From contig CANROR010000002.1 of the NCBI GenBank assembly GCA_947632275.1, positions 1 to 39,716 of the forward strand: a stretch of 39,716 bases of DNA. Reading direction: 5' to 3'. Source of the DNA: an uncultured Bacilli bacterium (lineage in GTDB: Bacteria; Bacillota_I; Bacilli_A; RF39; UBA660). The translations under genes were made by a program, and so were the position numbers. Below the pieces are notes generated by a model. It made no database searches, was not told the DNA's origin, and saw only the letters and a program-made list of their open reading frames with translations. Below, one piece after another: positions 18,369 to 27,817 of this stretch (within the stretch, counting starts at the first letter, position 1; every line of letters starts with the position of its first letter).

Positions 18369-18392
18369 AGTGTCAAAAAATAAAATTAGGGC

Positions 18393-18421
18393 TTGAATAT
18401 ATATATATATATATATATAAT
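18393..18421 (+). promoter_or_regulatory. Promoter TTGAAT-17 nt-TATAAT whose spacer is a TA dinucleotide repeat
   Basis: -35 at 18393-18398, -10 at 18416-18421. The spacer 18399-18415 consists entirely of alternating A/T. Confidence 0.6.
18398..18419. repeat. (TA)11 microsatellite
   Basis: 22 nt of perfect TA repeats read directly from the sequence. Confidence 0.98.
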
Positions 18422-18446
18422 TATGGGTGAAAGTAGGATTTTGCCC

Positions 18447-20471
18447 ATGAGAAAAATATTGTTAAGTATTCTAGGAATAATGATAATGCTATGTGTAATC
18501 TTTTTAGGTTATGAAATAAGATATAGTCAAAAGCAAGAAGTCAATAATATGATGGCAATATATATTGAAGAAGAAAAAGGTACAGGTAAGTATCAAAAGA
18601 CCAATTTATATAAATGGCCAAATAATTCCGAATATGCTTTAAACATGCATAAGACATATTGTGAGAATGGCAGTATTTTAAGATATAATTTAGAAACAAA
18701 TAAGATAAATGTCAAAGTTAAAGGAACTGATAAATGTTACATCTATTTTGATAAAGCTAGTTATGGTACGGAAGAACATCCTTATTTAATTCAAACAATC
18801 GAAGATTTAGTGAGATTAAGTAATAAAGTAAGTGCCGGGACAACCTATGAAGGGGAATACTTTTTACTTACTAATGATTTAGATTTTAATAATCCAAGTG
18901 ATTATGAAGATGCTAATAGAACAGACTTTAAAGATATAAATGGGGTAAATGGAAATGAAACCTTAATTAAAGAACTGACGACGGGAAGTGGTTTTAAACC
19001 TATTGGAAATTCAAAGCAAACATTTCAAGGAAATTTTGATGGTAACAATAAAACCATAAATAATTTGTATATAAATAATAAGACTGAAGGAGATGCTTTA
19101 AGATTTGGCTTATTTGGCGAAATAAATAATTCTATAATTAAAAATTTAACATTAAAGGGGAATATAAGCAGTACAACAAGAGCGGTAATGGGAAGTGTTT
19201 CTGGAGGTGTTCGTGGAACAACTACTATAAGTAATATTACAAATTATGTTACAATAACAAGTGAATCAAATGAATATGATGTTGGAGGAATAATTGGCGG
19301 TAATTATGGAATTGTTACAATACAAAATTGTCAAAATTATGGTGAAATAAGTGGGGCTTTCAATACAGGTGGTATCGTTGGTTTCGTAAATAATAATTTA
19401 ACAATTGAAAATAGTATTAATAATGCCAGTATAACTAATAATATTGGTAATTATGTTGGGGGAATTGTAGGTCAAAGTAATTCAGCCACAACTATATTAA
19501 AAATTGCTAATTCTCATAATGAAGGACAAATAACTAGTGGTTATGCATTAAATAATAGAATTGCTATAGGTGGTATAATTGGAATGGTTAATGGGAAAGC
19601 AAGTATTGAAAATTGTAGTAATAATAATCAGATAGTAAATACTCGTACTAGTTTTGAAAATTTTGCTCAATATGATTTGGGCGGAATAATTGGCTTAAAT
19701 TTTGGTCAATCACAAATAAAAAAATGTCAAAATAAAGCTAGTATAACTGGGGGAACATATATAGGTGGAATAACTGGGTTAAATGGTGATAATGCAACTT
19801 TAATAATGGATAAATGTTTTAATTATGGGTCTATTGATAATCATCAAATTAGTTTTAGTGATTCTACTAGAACATCTTTGACAGAAACCGCGGGACTATT
19901 AGGTTATAATTCCAGAAGTATATCGTATATTATTAACAGTCAAAATTATGGTAATATTAATGGCTTTGATAGTGCGGCAGGGATTAATATGCTATCGTTT
20001 AATAATATTGTAGTTTTAAATTCTAGTAATAATGGAAATACAGCATCTATCCGGAATGATATATATGGAATAGGTTATTATTCTGTTTCAAATAGTCAAA
20101 AAGTAAATGATCATTTAAATAATGTTTATAATGTTGGTCAATCTAAAAGATTAGCGTTTTTTGAAAAAAATGTTTGTACAAATTGTTCTCTTACACCTCA
20201 CCTTAATAATTTATATTACTTGGATGGCAGTGTTACTACTAAAACCAACGATGATATTATGTTTGGCAATTATTTTACAATGAAAGACAAAAATTATATG
20301 CAATCTCAAGCATTTGTTGATGAACTAAATGAGAATATTTTGAATGAGTATACATTAAAAACTAGTGATGGTCAAATAACTTTAACTGAAATAGATCCTT
20401 TATTAAAAGATTATACTTTGAGTAAATGGACGTTAGGTAGTGATAGTTATCCTACTTTAATAAATGAATAA
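18447..20471 (+). CDS. N-terminally anchored surface protein with GLUG-type beta-helix repeats
   Basis: TM LLSILGIMIMLCVIFLGY. EEHPYLIQTIEDLVRLSNKV entry motif. At least 8 roughly 22-25-aa repeats with GGI(I/V/T)G cores. No LPXTG. ATG 18447 chosen because the longer ORF translates the TA repeat (IYIYIY). Confidence 0.7.
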   Translation: MRKILLSILGIMIMLCVIFLGYEIRYSQKQEVNNMMAIYIEEEKGTGKYQKTNLYKWPNNSEYALNMHKTYCENGSILRYNLETNKINVKVKGTDKCYIYFDKASYGTEEHPYLIQTIEDLVRLSNKVSAGTTYEGEYFLLTNDLDFNNPSDYEDANRTDFKDINGVNGNETLIKELTTGSGFKPIGNSKQTFQGNFDGNNKTINNLYINNKTEGDALRFGLFGEINNSIIKNLTLKGNISSTTRAVMGSVSGGVRGTTTISNITNYVTITSESNEYDVGGIIGGNYGIVTIQNCQNYGEISGAFNTGGIVGFVNNNLTIENSINNASITNNIGNYVGGIVGQSNSATTILKIANSHNEGQITSGYALNNRIAIGGIIGMVNGKASIENCSNNNQIVNTRTSFENFAQYDLGGIIGLNFGQSQIKKCQNKASITGGTYIGGITGLNGDNATLIMDKCFNYGSIDNHQISFSDSTRTSLTETAGLLGYNSRSISYIINSQNYGNINGFDSAAGINMLSFNNIVVLNSSNNGNTASIRNDIYGIGYYSVSNSQKVNDHLNNVYNVGQSKRLAFFEKNVCTNCSLTPHLNNLYYLDGSVTTKTNDDIMFGNYFTMKDKNYMQSQAFVDELNENILNEYTLKTSDGQITLTEIDPLLKDYTLSKWTLGSDSYPTLINE

Positions 20472-20474
20472 ACA

Positions 20475-20503
20475 AAAAGTAACAAAACTGAATTGTTACT
20501 TTT
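20475..20503. terminator. Bidirectional terminator between convergent surface-protein gene and uvrB
   Basis: AAAAGTAACAA / TTGTTACTTTT 11-bp stem, 7-nt loop. The 3' arm contains the uvrB stop codon. A/T runs on both sides. Confidence 0.7.
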
Positions 20504-22439
20504 CTTTTAGTTCAAAATAAATGTCTCTTAGTTCCATGGCTCTTTCAAAATCCATAGCTCGAGCTGCTTCTTTCATTTCTTCTTCAACTTGAATTAACAT
20601 TTGTTGTTTTTCTTTTTTACTTAATTTTTCTTTTGGTTTATTAGTTGCATTGTTGGATACTACTTCTTTAATTTCTTTTTCAATTGTCTTAGGCGTAATG
20701 CCATGTTTTTGATTATATTCTTCTTGAATTTGGCGCCGTCTTTTAGTTTCTTCGATGGCTTCTCTCATGCCTTCACTTACTTCATCAGCATACATAATAA
20801 CATGACCGGAAGCATTCCGAGCACAACGGCCAATGGTTTGAATTAAACTTCGGGTACTACGTAAGAATCCTTGTTTGTCGGCATCTAAGATACAAATAAG
20901 ACTTACTTCGGGAATGTCTAAGCCTTCGCGCAAAAGATTAATCCCGACGATACAATCATAAACACCTAGACGTAAATCATGAATAATTTTTAAGCGTTCT
21001 AAAGTTTTAATTTCACTATGAAGATAGGCAACCTTAATATTTAATTCTTTTAAATAATTGGTTAGTTCTTCACTCATTCGAATCGTCAAAGTCGTAATTA
21101 AAACTCTTTCATTTTTGGCTTTACGTTTATTAATTTCACTAATAATATCATCGATTTGACCTAAGGTTGGTTTTACTTCAATTGTTGGATCAAGTAGCCC
21201 GGTAGGTCTAATTATTTGTTCGACATAAGTATTATGCGTTTTTTCCAGTTCATAGTCCCCTGGGGTCGCGGATACATAGATGGCAGTATTAATTTTGCTT
21301 TCAAATTCATCATATTTTAAAGGCCGGTTGTTTAAAGCGCTGGGAAGCCGAAAGCCATAATCAACTAAAGTTTGTTTCCGCATTCTATCGCCATTATACA
21401 TGCCTCGCACTTGCGGTAAAGTAACATGCGATTCATCGACGACTAATAAAAAATCTTTAGGGAAAAAGTCAATTAAACAACTTGGGGTTTCGCCATCTTC
21501 TCTTAAGGCTAAATGTTGCGAATAATTTTCGACTCCATTGCAATAACCGGTTTCTTTAAGCATTTCAATGTCATAATTAGTTCGTTCGCGAAGCCGTTGT
21601 TCTTCAATAAATTTATTTTGACTTTTTAATTCTTCTAATCTTTGGTCTAATTCTTTTTGAATTCGTTCGATAGCAATATCTAGCTTTTCTTTACTTGTTA
21701 CGAAATGGGAAGCGGGTGAGATAGTAATACTTTTTTTACTTTGCATAACTTCGCCGGTTAAAGGATCAAATAAGGTAATAGCATCCACTTTATCTTCATC
21801 TAAAGTAATCCGAATGCCTTTGGCTTTTTCATTCACGGGGATAACATCAATATTATTACCTCTTACGCGAAAAGTGCCGCGGTGAAAATCTAAATCGTTG
21901 CGCTCGTAAGTCATATCAATTAATTTTTCTAAAATTTTGGTTCGATTGATTTCTTGATCTAAAGTTAAAATTAGCGTATTTTTTTCGTATTCTTCTTTTT
22001 CCCCAATCCCATAGATACATGAAACGGAAGCTACTACAATGACATCCTGATAATTAATTAAAGCACTTGTTGCCGCATGTCTTAGTTCATCAATTTCATC
22101 ATTGATGGAAGCATCCTTTTCAATATAAGTATCACTGCTTGGAACGTAAGCTTCCGGCTGATAATAATCGTAGTAAGAGACGAAGTACTCAACATGATTG
22201 TTGGGAAATAATTCTTTTAGTTCGGCATAAAGTTGGCCCGCCAAAGTTTTATTATGAGCTAAAACTAAAGTGGGTTTATTAACTTCTTTTATGACATTAG
22301 CTATCGTAAAAGTTTTTCCGGTACCAGTAGCCCCGAGTAAAACTTGTTCTTTTTTACCATCTTTAATGCCCTTAACTAATTCGGCAATCGCTTCAGGTTG
22401 ATCGCCACTAGGCTTATATGGTGAAATTAATTCAAACAT
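20496..22439 (-). CDS. uvrB: Excinuclease ABC subunit B
   Basis: [18 protein letters not shown] start, Walker [14 protein letters not shown] box, C-terminal UVR domain ([15 protein letters not shown]). Confidence 0.95.
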   Translation of the reverse strand: MFELISPYKPSGDQPEAIAELVKGIKDGKKEQVLLGATGTGKTFTIANVIKEVNKPTLVLAHNKTLAGQLYAELKELFPNNHVEYFVSYYDYYQPEAYVPSSDTYIEKDASINDEIDELRHAATSALINYQDVIVVASVSCIYGIGEKEEYEKNTLILTLDQEINRTKILEKLIDMTYERNDLDFHRGTFRVRGNNIDVIPVNEKAKGIRITLDEDKVDAITLFDPLTGEVMQSKKSITISPASHFVTSKEKLDIAIERIQKELDQRLEELKSQNKFIEEQRLRERTNYDIEMLKETGYCNGVENYSQHLALREDGETPSCLIDFFPKDFLLVVDESHVTLPQVRGMYNGDRMRKQTLVDYGFRLPSALNNRPLKYDEFESKINTAIYVSATPGDYELEKTHNTYVEQIIRPTGLLDPTIEVKPTLGQIDDIISEINKRKAKNERVLITTLTIRMSEELTNYLKELNIKVAYLHSEIKTLERLKIIHDLRLGVYDCIVGINLLREGLDIPEVSLICILDADKQGFLRSTRSLIQTIGRCARNASGHVIMYADEVSEGMREAIEETKRRRQIQEEYNQKHGITPKTIEKEIKEVVSNNATNKPKEKLSKKEKQQMLIQVEEEMKEAARAMDFERAMELRDIYFELKEK

Positions 22440-23434
22440 TCTAATTCCTCCTTGCTATTTTTTAATTGCCAGTAACCGCCATTATTTGGCCCGATTCGTT
22501 CAATAATATTATAATCAACTAATTTTTTTAAATTATATTTAACTCCATCTGGTGTAATATGTAAAATATTCGCAAGTTCATTTCTCGTAATTTGCGAATT
22601 TTCTTTTATTAATTCGATAATTTTTAATTGGTTTTGGTTTAATTTTAAAGTTTGGGTAGTTTTTTGGGTAGTTTTTTCTAAAGAAAAATTAATACATTTT
22701 AATAAAAAATTAATGAATACATTAGCATTACCATTAATGTGACATTGAGAAATAGAATCATAATATTCTTGTTGTCGTAAATATATTTCTTCTTCGATTG
22801 GGATAAAGGCAAATTTGGCATTCCAATTAGTTAAAATTAAACTTACCCAAAATCTTGCCATTCGGCCATTACCATCACTAAAAGGATGAATATAGACAAA
22901 ATAATAATGAAACAAAGCGGCTAATATTAAAGGATGAATTTTATTTTCATTTTCATTCATAAATGTAAATAAATTTTTCATTAGAGAAGGAACTAATATC
23001 GATTCCGGAGCCGTAAAAATTATTTTCTTCCCTCTTTTTACTCCCTCGCCATGATTTCGATAATAGCCATTATCATCATCAAAATACTTCATCATTAGGG
23101 TATGAGCTTTTAAAAGATCTTTTTCCTTTCGCCAATTATATTCTTTTATATGTTCATATAATTCATTGGCATTTTTAACTTCTTGAATTTCTTTTCGATT
23201 ACCTAAAGTAGGCTTTTGTTCAACAATATTTTCCACAGACTTTAATGATAAGGAATTATCTTCAATGGCAAGTGATGAATATATAGATCTGACCTTTGAT
23301 TTAGTTTGTAAATTTCTTTTCTTATGGGGATCATCAATACTAAGCAATGCAAGTTTTTTTTCAATATCTTTTAGGATTTTTTGATTATCATCAGTGATAT
23401 AAAAAATCGGTTTTAAGGTATTTATATTTGCCAT
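22427..23434 (-). CDS. Fic-domain protein (Fic_N + Fic core + C-terminal winged HTH)
   Basis: [12 protein letters not shown] Fic motif. N-terminal SSLAIEDN inhibitory-helix-like motif. C-terminal [24 protein letters not shown] wHTH. AAGGAAGG SD before ATG 23434. Stop overlaps the uvrB start by 13 nt. Confidence 0.85.
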   Translation of the reverse strand: MANINTLKPIFYITDDNQKILKDIEKKLALLSIDDPHKKRNLQTKSKVRSIYSSLAIEDNSLSLKSVENIVEQKPTLGNRKEIQEVKNANELYEHIKEYNWRKEKDLLKAHTLMMKYFDDDNGYYRNHGEGVKRGKKIIFTAPESILVPSLMKNLFTFMNENENKIHPLILAALFHYYFVYIHPFSDGNGRMARFWVSLILTNWNAKFAFIPIEEEIYLRQQEYYDSISQCHINGNANVFINFLLKCINFSLEKTTQKTTQTLKLNQNQLKIIELIKENSQITRNELANILHITPDGVKYNLKKLVDYNIIERIGPNNGGYWQLKNSKEELECLN

Positions 23435-23576
23435 TTTAATACCTTCCTTTCTGTTATTTAATGCTATAAAACTTTTATTTATATTATATAACAAAATAAA
23501 AAAAATAATAGTCCTTAGTTAAAGACTTTTAATAGGCAAAACTTGGGCTATCTGTTATAATAAAAATAGGTGGATT

Positions 23577-24317
23577 ATGGAAAAGGGAGAAAATGCTTTA
23601 ACACTAAATGTTTTAAAAGATATAGATTTAGGTTCGGTAGAAGATTTTATTAATGAAGTTAAAAAAAGAGACATAAAAACTTTTTCGAATTATGAAGAAA
23701 TAGTTTCTATTTTTACTAAACAATATCAAGAATTAAATTTAACTAAGGAAGAAAAACAAAAAATAAGTTTTTATTTAAAATTTTATACCGGCAATGCTTA
23801 TGATCGGATTAATGCTTTATTACGGAATAACTGGCAATATCAAGAACAAGGAATATTAACCCCCGAAGTGGAACAAAAATATCAAGAATTTTTGGACGAA
23901 ATTAGAAATATTTTTAGTTTAAGTCCAGTCAATAATCTTAATTTTGTTACTTATCGAAGTGTTCCTTTAGCCATTTTTCAAAGCTATGGCATAAATAGTA
24001 AAGAAGAACTTTTATCTTTAAAAAATAAATATTATTTTGATCCCGGTTTTGTTAGTACGTCTTTACTTAATTCTTGGCAGTTAGTAAAAGATAATGTGGA
24101 AATGCAAATAATTGTGCCTTTAGAATGTACTGAAGCTTTTCCTTTAATTGGTAGTAATTTATCTTTACATGTCGGTGAAACTGAATACTTAATTGCTAAT
24201 GATAGTTTATTTAAAGTATATGATGTGGAAAGAAATGGGGATAAAACTACTTTAAAGATGGTTTATATTCCTAAAAAAATCTGGCAACGCGAAATTAATT
24301 GTCAAAAAAATAAATAA
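23577..24317 (+). CDS. C3/Vip2-like R-S-E ADP-ribosyltransferase, no signal peptide
   Basis: YTGNAYDRINALLRN, TYRSV (Arg), GFVSTSLL (STS), GETEYLI (ExE), in the canonical order and spacing. The N-terminus is hydrophilic. Confidence 0.75.
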   Translation: MEKGENALTLNVLKDIDLGSVEDFINEVKKRDIKTFSNYEEIVSIFTKQYQELNLTKEEKQKISFYLKFYTGNAYDRINALLRNNWQYQEQGILTPEVEQKYQEFLDEIRNIFSLSPVNNLNFVTYRSVPLAIFQSYGINSKEELLSLKNKYYFDPGFVSTSLLNSWQLVKDNVEMQIIVPLECTEAFPLIGSNLSLHVGETEYLIANDSLFKVYDVERNGDKTTLKMVYIPKKIWQREINCQKNK

Positions 24318-24353
24318 ATTGTATAATTTTATTATGAGAGGAGTGGAAAATAA

Positions 24354-24773
24354 ATGAATGGGATCTATGGCTATGATTATTATGATGAACCCGTAAGACA
24401 AACCGTAAGTAATTTTAATAATTTGACAATGTGGTTAATAGTATCTTTAGTATTAGCAATCATTGGTGGCGCCGTTTTATATTTTTTATTTATCAAACCG
24501 GATAAGAAAATTGACAATAAATATTTGTCTTGGTTTAAAGAATTCTTTAATTTTCGCAAGATGCTAATTGAAGATTTACTAAAAGTTACTTATTTAATTG
24601 GAGCAATATTTATCACTTTATATTCTTTAGCTTTAATTGCGACGAACTTTTTAGGCTTTATTCTTTTCTTAGTTTTAGGTAATGTCTTATTAAGAGTGGT
24701 TTACGAAGGTATTTTGATTACAATTATGATTTGGAAAAATACAACGGAAATAAATAAAAAGATGAAAAAATAA
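24354..24773 (+). CDS. Small integral membrane protein (DUF4282-like)
   Basis: 139 aa, 3 TM. FFNFRKMLIEDLLKVTYLIG segment typical of that family as I remember it. GAGGAGTGG SD. Confidence 0.5.
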   Translation: MNGIYGYDYYDEPVRQTVSNFNNLTMWLIVSLVLAIIGGAVLYFLFIKPDKKIDNKYLSWFKEFFNFRKMLIEDLLKVTYLIGAIFITLYSLALIATNFLGFILFLVLGNVLLRVVYEGILITIMIWKNTTEINKKMKK

Positions 24774-24803
24774 AAATTGGAAATAAAAAATTCCAATTTT
24801 TTT
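24773..24803 (+). terminator. Intrinsic terminator
   Basis: AAAATTGGAA / TTCCAATTTT 10-bp stem, 8-nt loop, T-run. Confidence 0.8.
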
Positions 24804-24877
24804 GACAAATAATTGCATTATGATGTTTTAAAATTAACTTGTTTGTGTTATCTTAATATATATAGGGAAGTGGTAGT

Positions 24878-26491
24878 GTGATATATATTTTTGGTCATAA
24901 AAATCCCGACACAGATAGTGTTTGTTCCTCAATCGCTTTAGCGTATTTAAAAAATGAACTTGGGGAAAAATGTGTACCTAAAATTTTAGGTAATATTAAT
25001 AAAGAAACGAAATTTGTTTTAGATTATTTTAAAATAGATGTCCCTAGTTATTTAAATGATGTCAGGGTCCGGATTAAAAAAGTAAAATATGACAAAAAAG
25101 CTTTTATTTGGGAATATGCTTCGATTGATGAAGCTTTTAAATTAATGCAACAACATAATATCACAGCAATTCCTTTAGTTGATGAAGATAAAAAATTAAC
25201 CGGTTATGTTACCTTAAAAGAAATTGCTAAATATTTAATCCAAGGTGATAAAGAACATATTAATACGACATTAGACAATATTGTGGCTACTTTAGAAGCC
25301 AAGGTTCTAACAAAATTTGATGAAGTAATTGATGGCAATATCATGGTTGTCGGGATGCAATCTAAAGCTTTTTATGATAGTGTTAATTTAAAAAATGATG
25401 ACATTTTAATTGTCGGTGATCGGTACCGGATTTTAGAATATGCGATTGCTTCTAAAGTAAAACTTATTATTTTGCCTTTTAATAGTGGGATTAATGAAGA
25501 ATTATTAGCCAAAGCGAAAGCCAATAAAATAAATATTATTGAAACTAGTTTAGGTTCGTATTTAATTTCTAATAAAGTATTACTTGCCAATTACGTTAAA
25601 AGTATAAATACGAATCATAATCCGGTGACCGTTAATAATGAAGATTCTTTCACGGATTTTAAAACAATGATGCATAAAGTAAATCATACGAATTATCCCG
25701 TGGTTAATAATAAAGGGGAATGTTTAGGTCTTATTCGGTTGACGGGACCTAATACTTATGAAAAGCAAAAAGTTATTTTAGTCGATCATAATAATTTTGC
25801 CCAAAGTGTCGATGGGATTGAAGAAGCTGATATTGTCGAAATTATTGACCATCACAATTTGGGAGCGATTGGGACCAATATTCCGATTAACTTTCGGAGT
25901 AGACCCGTCGGTTGTACGGCAACGATGATTTATGATATGTTCACGGAAGCAAAAGTGGCGATTCCTAAAAATATCGCGGGTATTTTACTTTCGGCAATTC
26001 TTTCTGATACCTTACTTTTAACCGGCCCAACCACAACCGAAGATGATAAATATGCGGCCATCAAACTGGCCACTATAGCCAAGATTGATATTAATAAATA
26101 TGGTTATGAAATGTTAAAAGCGGCTTCGGCTTTAGATGATTTAACGGTTAAAGATATTATCTTAAGTGATTTTAAATCTTATAATGTCGATAATGCTAAT
26201 TTAGGTATTGGTCAAGTTATGACGATGAACTTTGAATATATTAAAGAAAAAATGCCCGAATTTTTAGCGGAAATGGAAGAAATGAGTAGTAAGTATCCGA
26301 CGCTTGTTTTATTTATTACTGATGTTATTCGGAAAGGTTCTTACATTTTATATAATAAAAGTACGGAAAGTATTGTGAAAGAAGCCTTTGGCTTAAAAGA
26401 TGTCTATGAAGGTATCTTTGTTCCGAAGATTGTTTCGCGGAAGAAAGACTTTTTACCAAGTATTTTAAGTGCAATGGAGAATGATTTATGA
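24878..26491 (+). CDS. ppaC: Family II (DHH) inorganic pyrophosphatase with CBS-DRTGG-CBS insert
   Basis: GHKNPDTDS, DHHN, DHHA2 C-terminal part, and an about 250-aa regulatory insert between DHH motifs. GTG start with GGGAAGTGG SD. Confidence 0.8.
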   Translation: MIYIFGHKNPDTDSVCSSIALAYLKNELGEKCVPKILGNINKETKFVLDYFKIDVPSYLNDVRVRIKKVKYDKKAFIWEYASIDEAFKLMQQHNITAIPLVDEDKKLTGYVTLKEIAKYLIQGDKEHINTTLDNIVATLEAKVLTKFDEVIDGNIMVVGMQSKAFYDSVNLKNDDILIVGDRYRILEYAIASKVKLIILPFNSGINEELLAKAKANKINIIETSLGSYLISNKVLLANYVKSINTNHNPVTVNNEDSFTDFKTMMHKVNHTNYPVVNNKGECLGLIRLTGPNTYEKQKVILVDHNNFAQSVDGIEEADIVEIIDHHNLGAIGTNIPINFRSRPVGCTATMIYDMFTEAKVAIPKNIAGILLSAILSDTLLLTGPTTTEDDKYAAIKLATIAKIDINKYGYEMLKAASALDDLTVKDIILSDFKSYNVDNANLGIGQVMTMNFEYIKEKMPEFLAEMEEMSSKYPTLVLFITDVIRKGSYILYNKSTESIVKEAFGLKDVYEGIFVPKIVSRKKDFLPSILSAMENDL

Positions 26492-27258
26492 AAGCCTTAA
26501 TAACGGGAGCCTCAAGTGGTATTGGCAAACAAATGGCTCTTTATCTCGCCAGTTTAGGTTATGAGTTAATTTTGGTAAGTCAAGATAACCAAAAACTAAA
26601 TGCGGTTAAGAAAGAAATTGCTTCGCCTGTTAAGACCATTTGCCTAGATTTAGTAAAAGAAGAAAATGTCTTTAATTTATACGAAAAGGTGAAGGCGGAA
26701 GATATTGATATTTTAATTAATAATGCCGGCTTTGGTCTTTTTGGCATGTTTGCCCAAACGGATTTAACGCGCGAACTGGAAATGATTGATTTAAATGTTA
26801 AGGCCTATCATATTTTAACTAAACTTTTTTTACAAGATTTTGTAAAAAAAGATGTTGGTTATATTTTAAATGTATGTAGTAGTGCCGGTTTTATGGCGGG
26901 ACCGAGAATGAGTACATATTATGCAACTAAGAATTATGTTACAAAACTTACAATGGCAATCAACGAAGAATTGCGAAAAGCCAAAAGTCATGTTCATATC
27001 AGTGCTTTGTGTCCGGGACCAGTTAATACCAATTTTAATAAAGTAGCCCATGGTGCTTTTGCCATTAAAGGTGTAAGTCCTAAATATGTAGCTCAATATG
27101 CTATCAATAAAATGTTTAAAAATAAAATGCTTATTGTGCCCACTTTAAAAATGAAATTAACTTTGTTTTTGACGCGCTTTGCGCCATATCGTCTTCAATT
27201 AATGGTAGCTTATCATATTCAATATCGGAAAGAAAATGGTCAAAAGAAAAATAAGTAG
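26488..27258 (+). CDS. Short-chain dehydrogenase/reductase (SDR)
   Basis: TGASSGIG cofactor motif, NNAG, YxxxK (YYATK). ATGA overlap with ppaC. Confidence 0.85.
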   Translation: MKALITGASSGIGKQMALYLASLGYELILVSQDNQKLNAVKKEIASPVKTICLDLVKEENVFNLYEKVKAEDIDILINNAGFGLFGMFAQTDLTRELEMIDLNVKAYHILTKLFLQDFVKKDVGYILNVCSSAGFMAGPRMSTYYATKNYVTKLTMAINEELRKAKSHVHISALCPGPVNTNFNKVAHGAFAIKGVSPKYVAQYAINKMFKNKMLIVPTLKMKLTLFLTRFAPYRLQLMVAYHIQYRKENGQKKNK

Positions 27259-27268
27259 GAATTTTTTC

Positions 27269-27526
27269 CTACTTATTTAATTCTTGGTTTAAAGTATTAA
27301 GAGCTTCATTGATTTTCTTTTTAGTTTCACTTTCTAGTTGGTAATAACCTAAATCATAGGCCAGAGTAAAGATATCTTTGGCCTGTTTACTAATACTTGC
27401 AAACATTTGATAAAGTTTTTGGTATAAACAGTCATTGCTAGCTTCATTTAAAGCATAAGTCATATTGACAGCCATATTCTTTTCCATTTCTAAAATATCC
27501 ATCAAAAATTTTTTATCATTCATCAT
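27269..27526 (-). CDS. CotF-like (ferritin-like) spore-coat-family protein
   Basis: DKKFLMDILEMEKNMAVNMTYALNEASN pattern typical of Coat_F domains. Start uncertain (27535 GTG / 27526 / 27523 ATG). Confidence 0.6.
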   Translation of the reverse strand: MMNDKKFLMDILEMEKNMAVNMTYALNEASNDCLYQKLYQMFASISKQAKDIFTLAYDLGYYQLESETKKKINEALNTLNQELNK

Positions 27527-27731
27527 TATCCCCACTTTCTAAAATTGAAACTAAGCTTTCACATATTTCATAATGCATATTAGCAATGGTCGAAAATAAT
27601 TCTTGCATTTGGCTATCTTCAATTTCTTTTAAGTAGTAATTTATTTTATCTTTAGCAATGATATTCCAGTTAAAAATATCTTTAATGTAAGATACATCTT
27701 TAGTTGATAACATCTTTGGTACTTTTTTCAT
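27516..27731 (-). CDS. Small helical protein, upstream partner of the CotF-like gene
   Basis: 71-aa ORF with GGGAGGAAAG SD. Overlaps the next gene. No motif recognised. Confidence 0.5.
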   Translation of the reverse strand: MKKVPKMLSTKDVSYIKDIFNWNIIAKDKINYYLKEIEDSQMQELFSTIANMHYEICESLVSILESGDNDE

Positions 27732-27817
27732 TTCTTTCCTCCCTTATTAGGGTGGTTAAAAAATAATGGTAAATACTGTTAATTTATGGTAAGATTAAAT
27801 AAAAAGAAGGGGTAAGA

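Noticed and set aside
3907-23494. Longest-ORF starts in the track at 3907, 4731, 8997, 10318, 13246, 15240, 18393, 23494 and 27535.
   Set aside because: The N-terminal extensions run through promoters, a terminator hairpin (10318), the TA microsatellite (18393) or the preceding gene, and lack an SD. Internal ATG/TTG starts with good SD spacing were preferred. Exact starts remain unverified.
23435-23576. SOS (LexA/Cheo) box controlling fic-uvrB.
   Set aside because: No GAAC-N4-GTTC-like palindrome is present in the divergent intergenic region.
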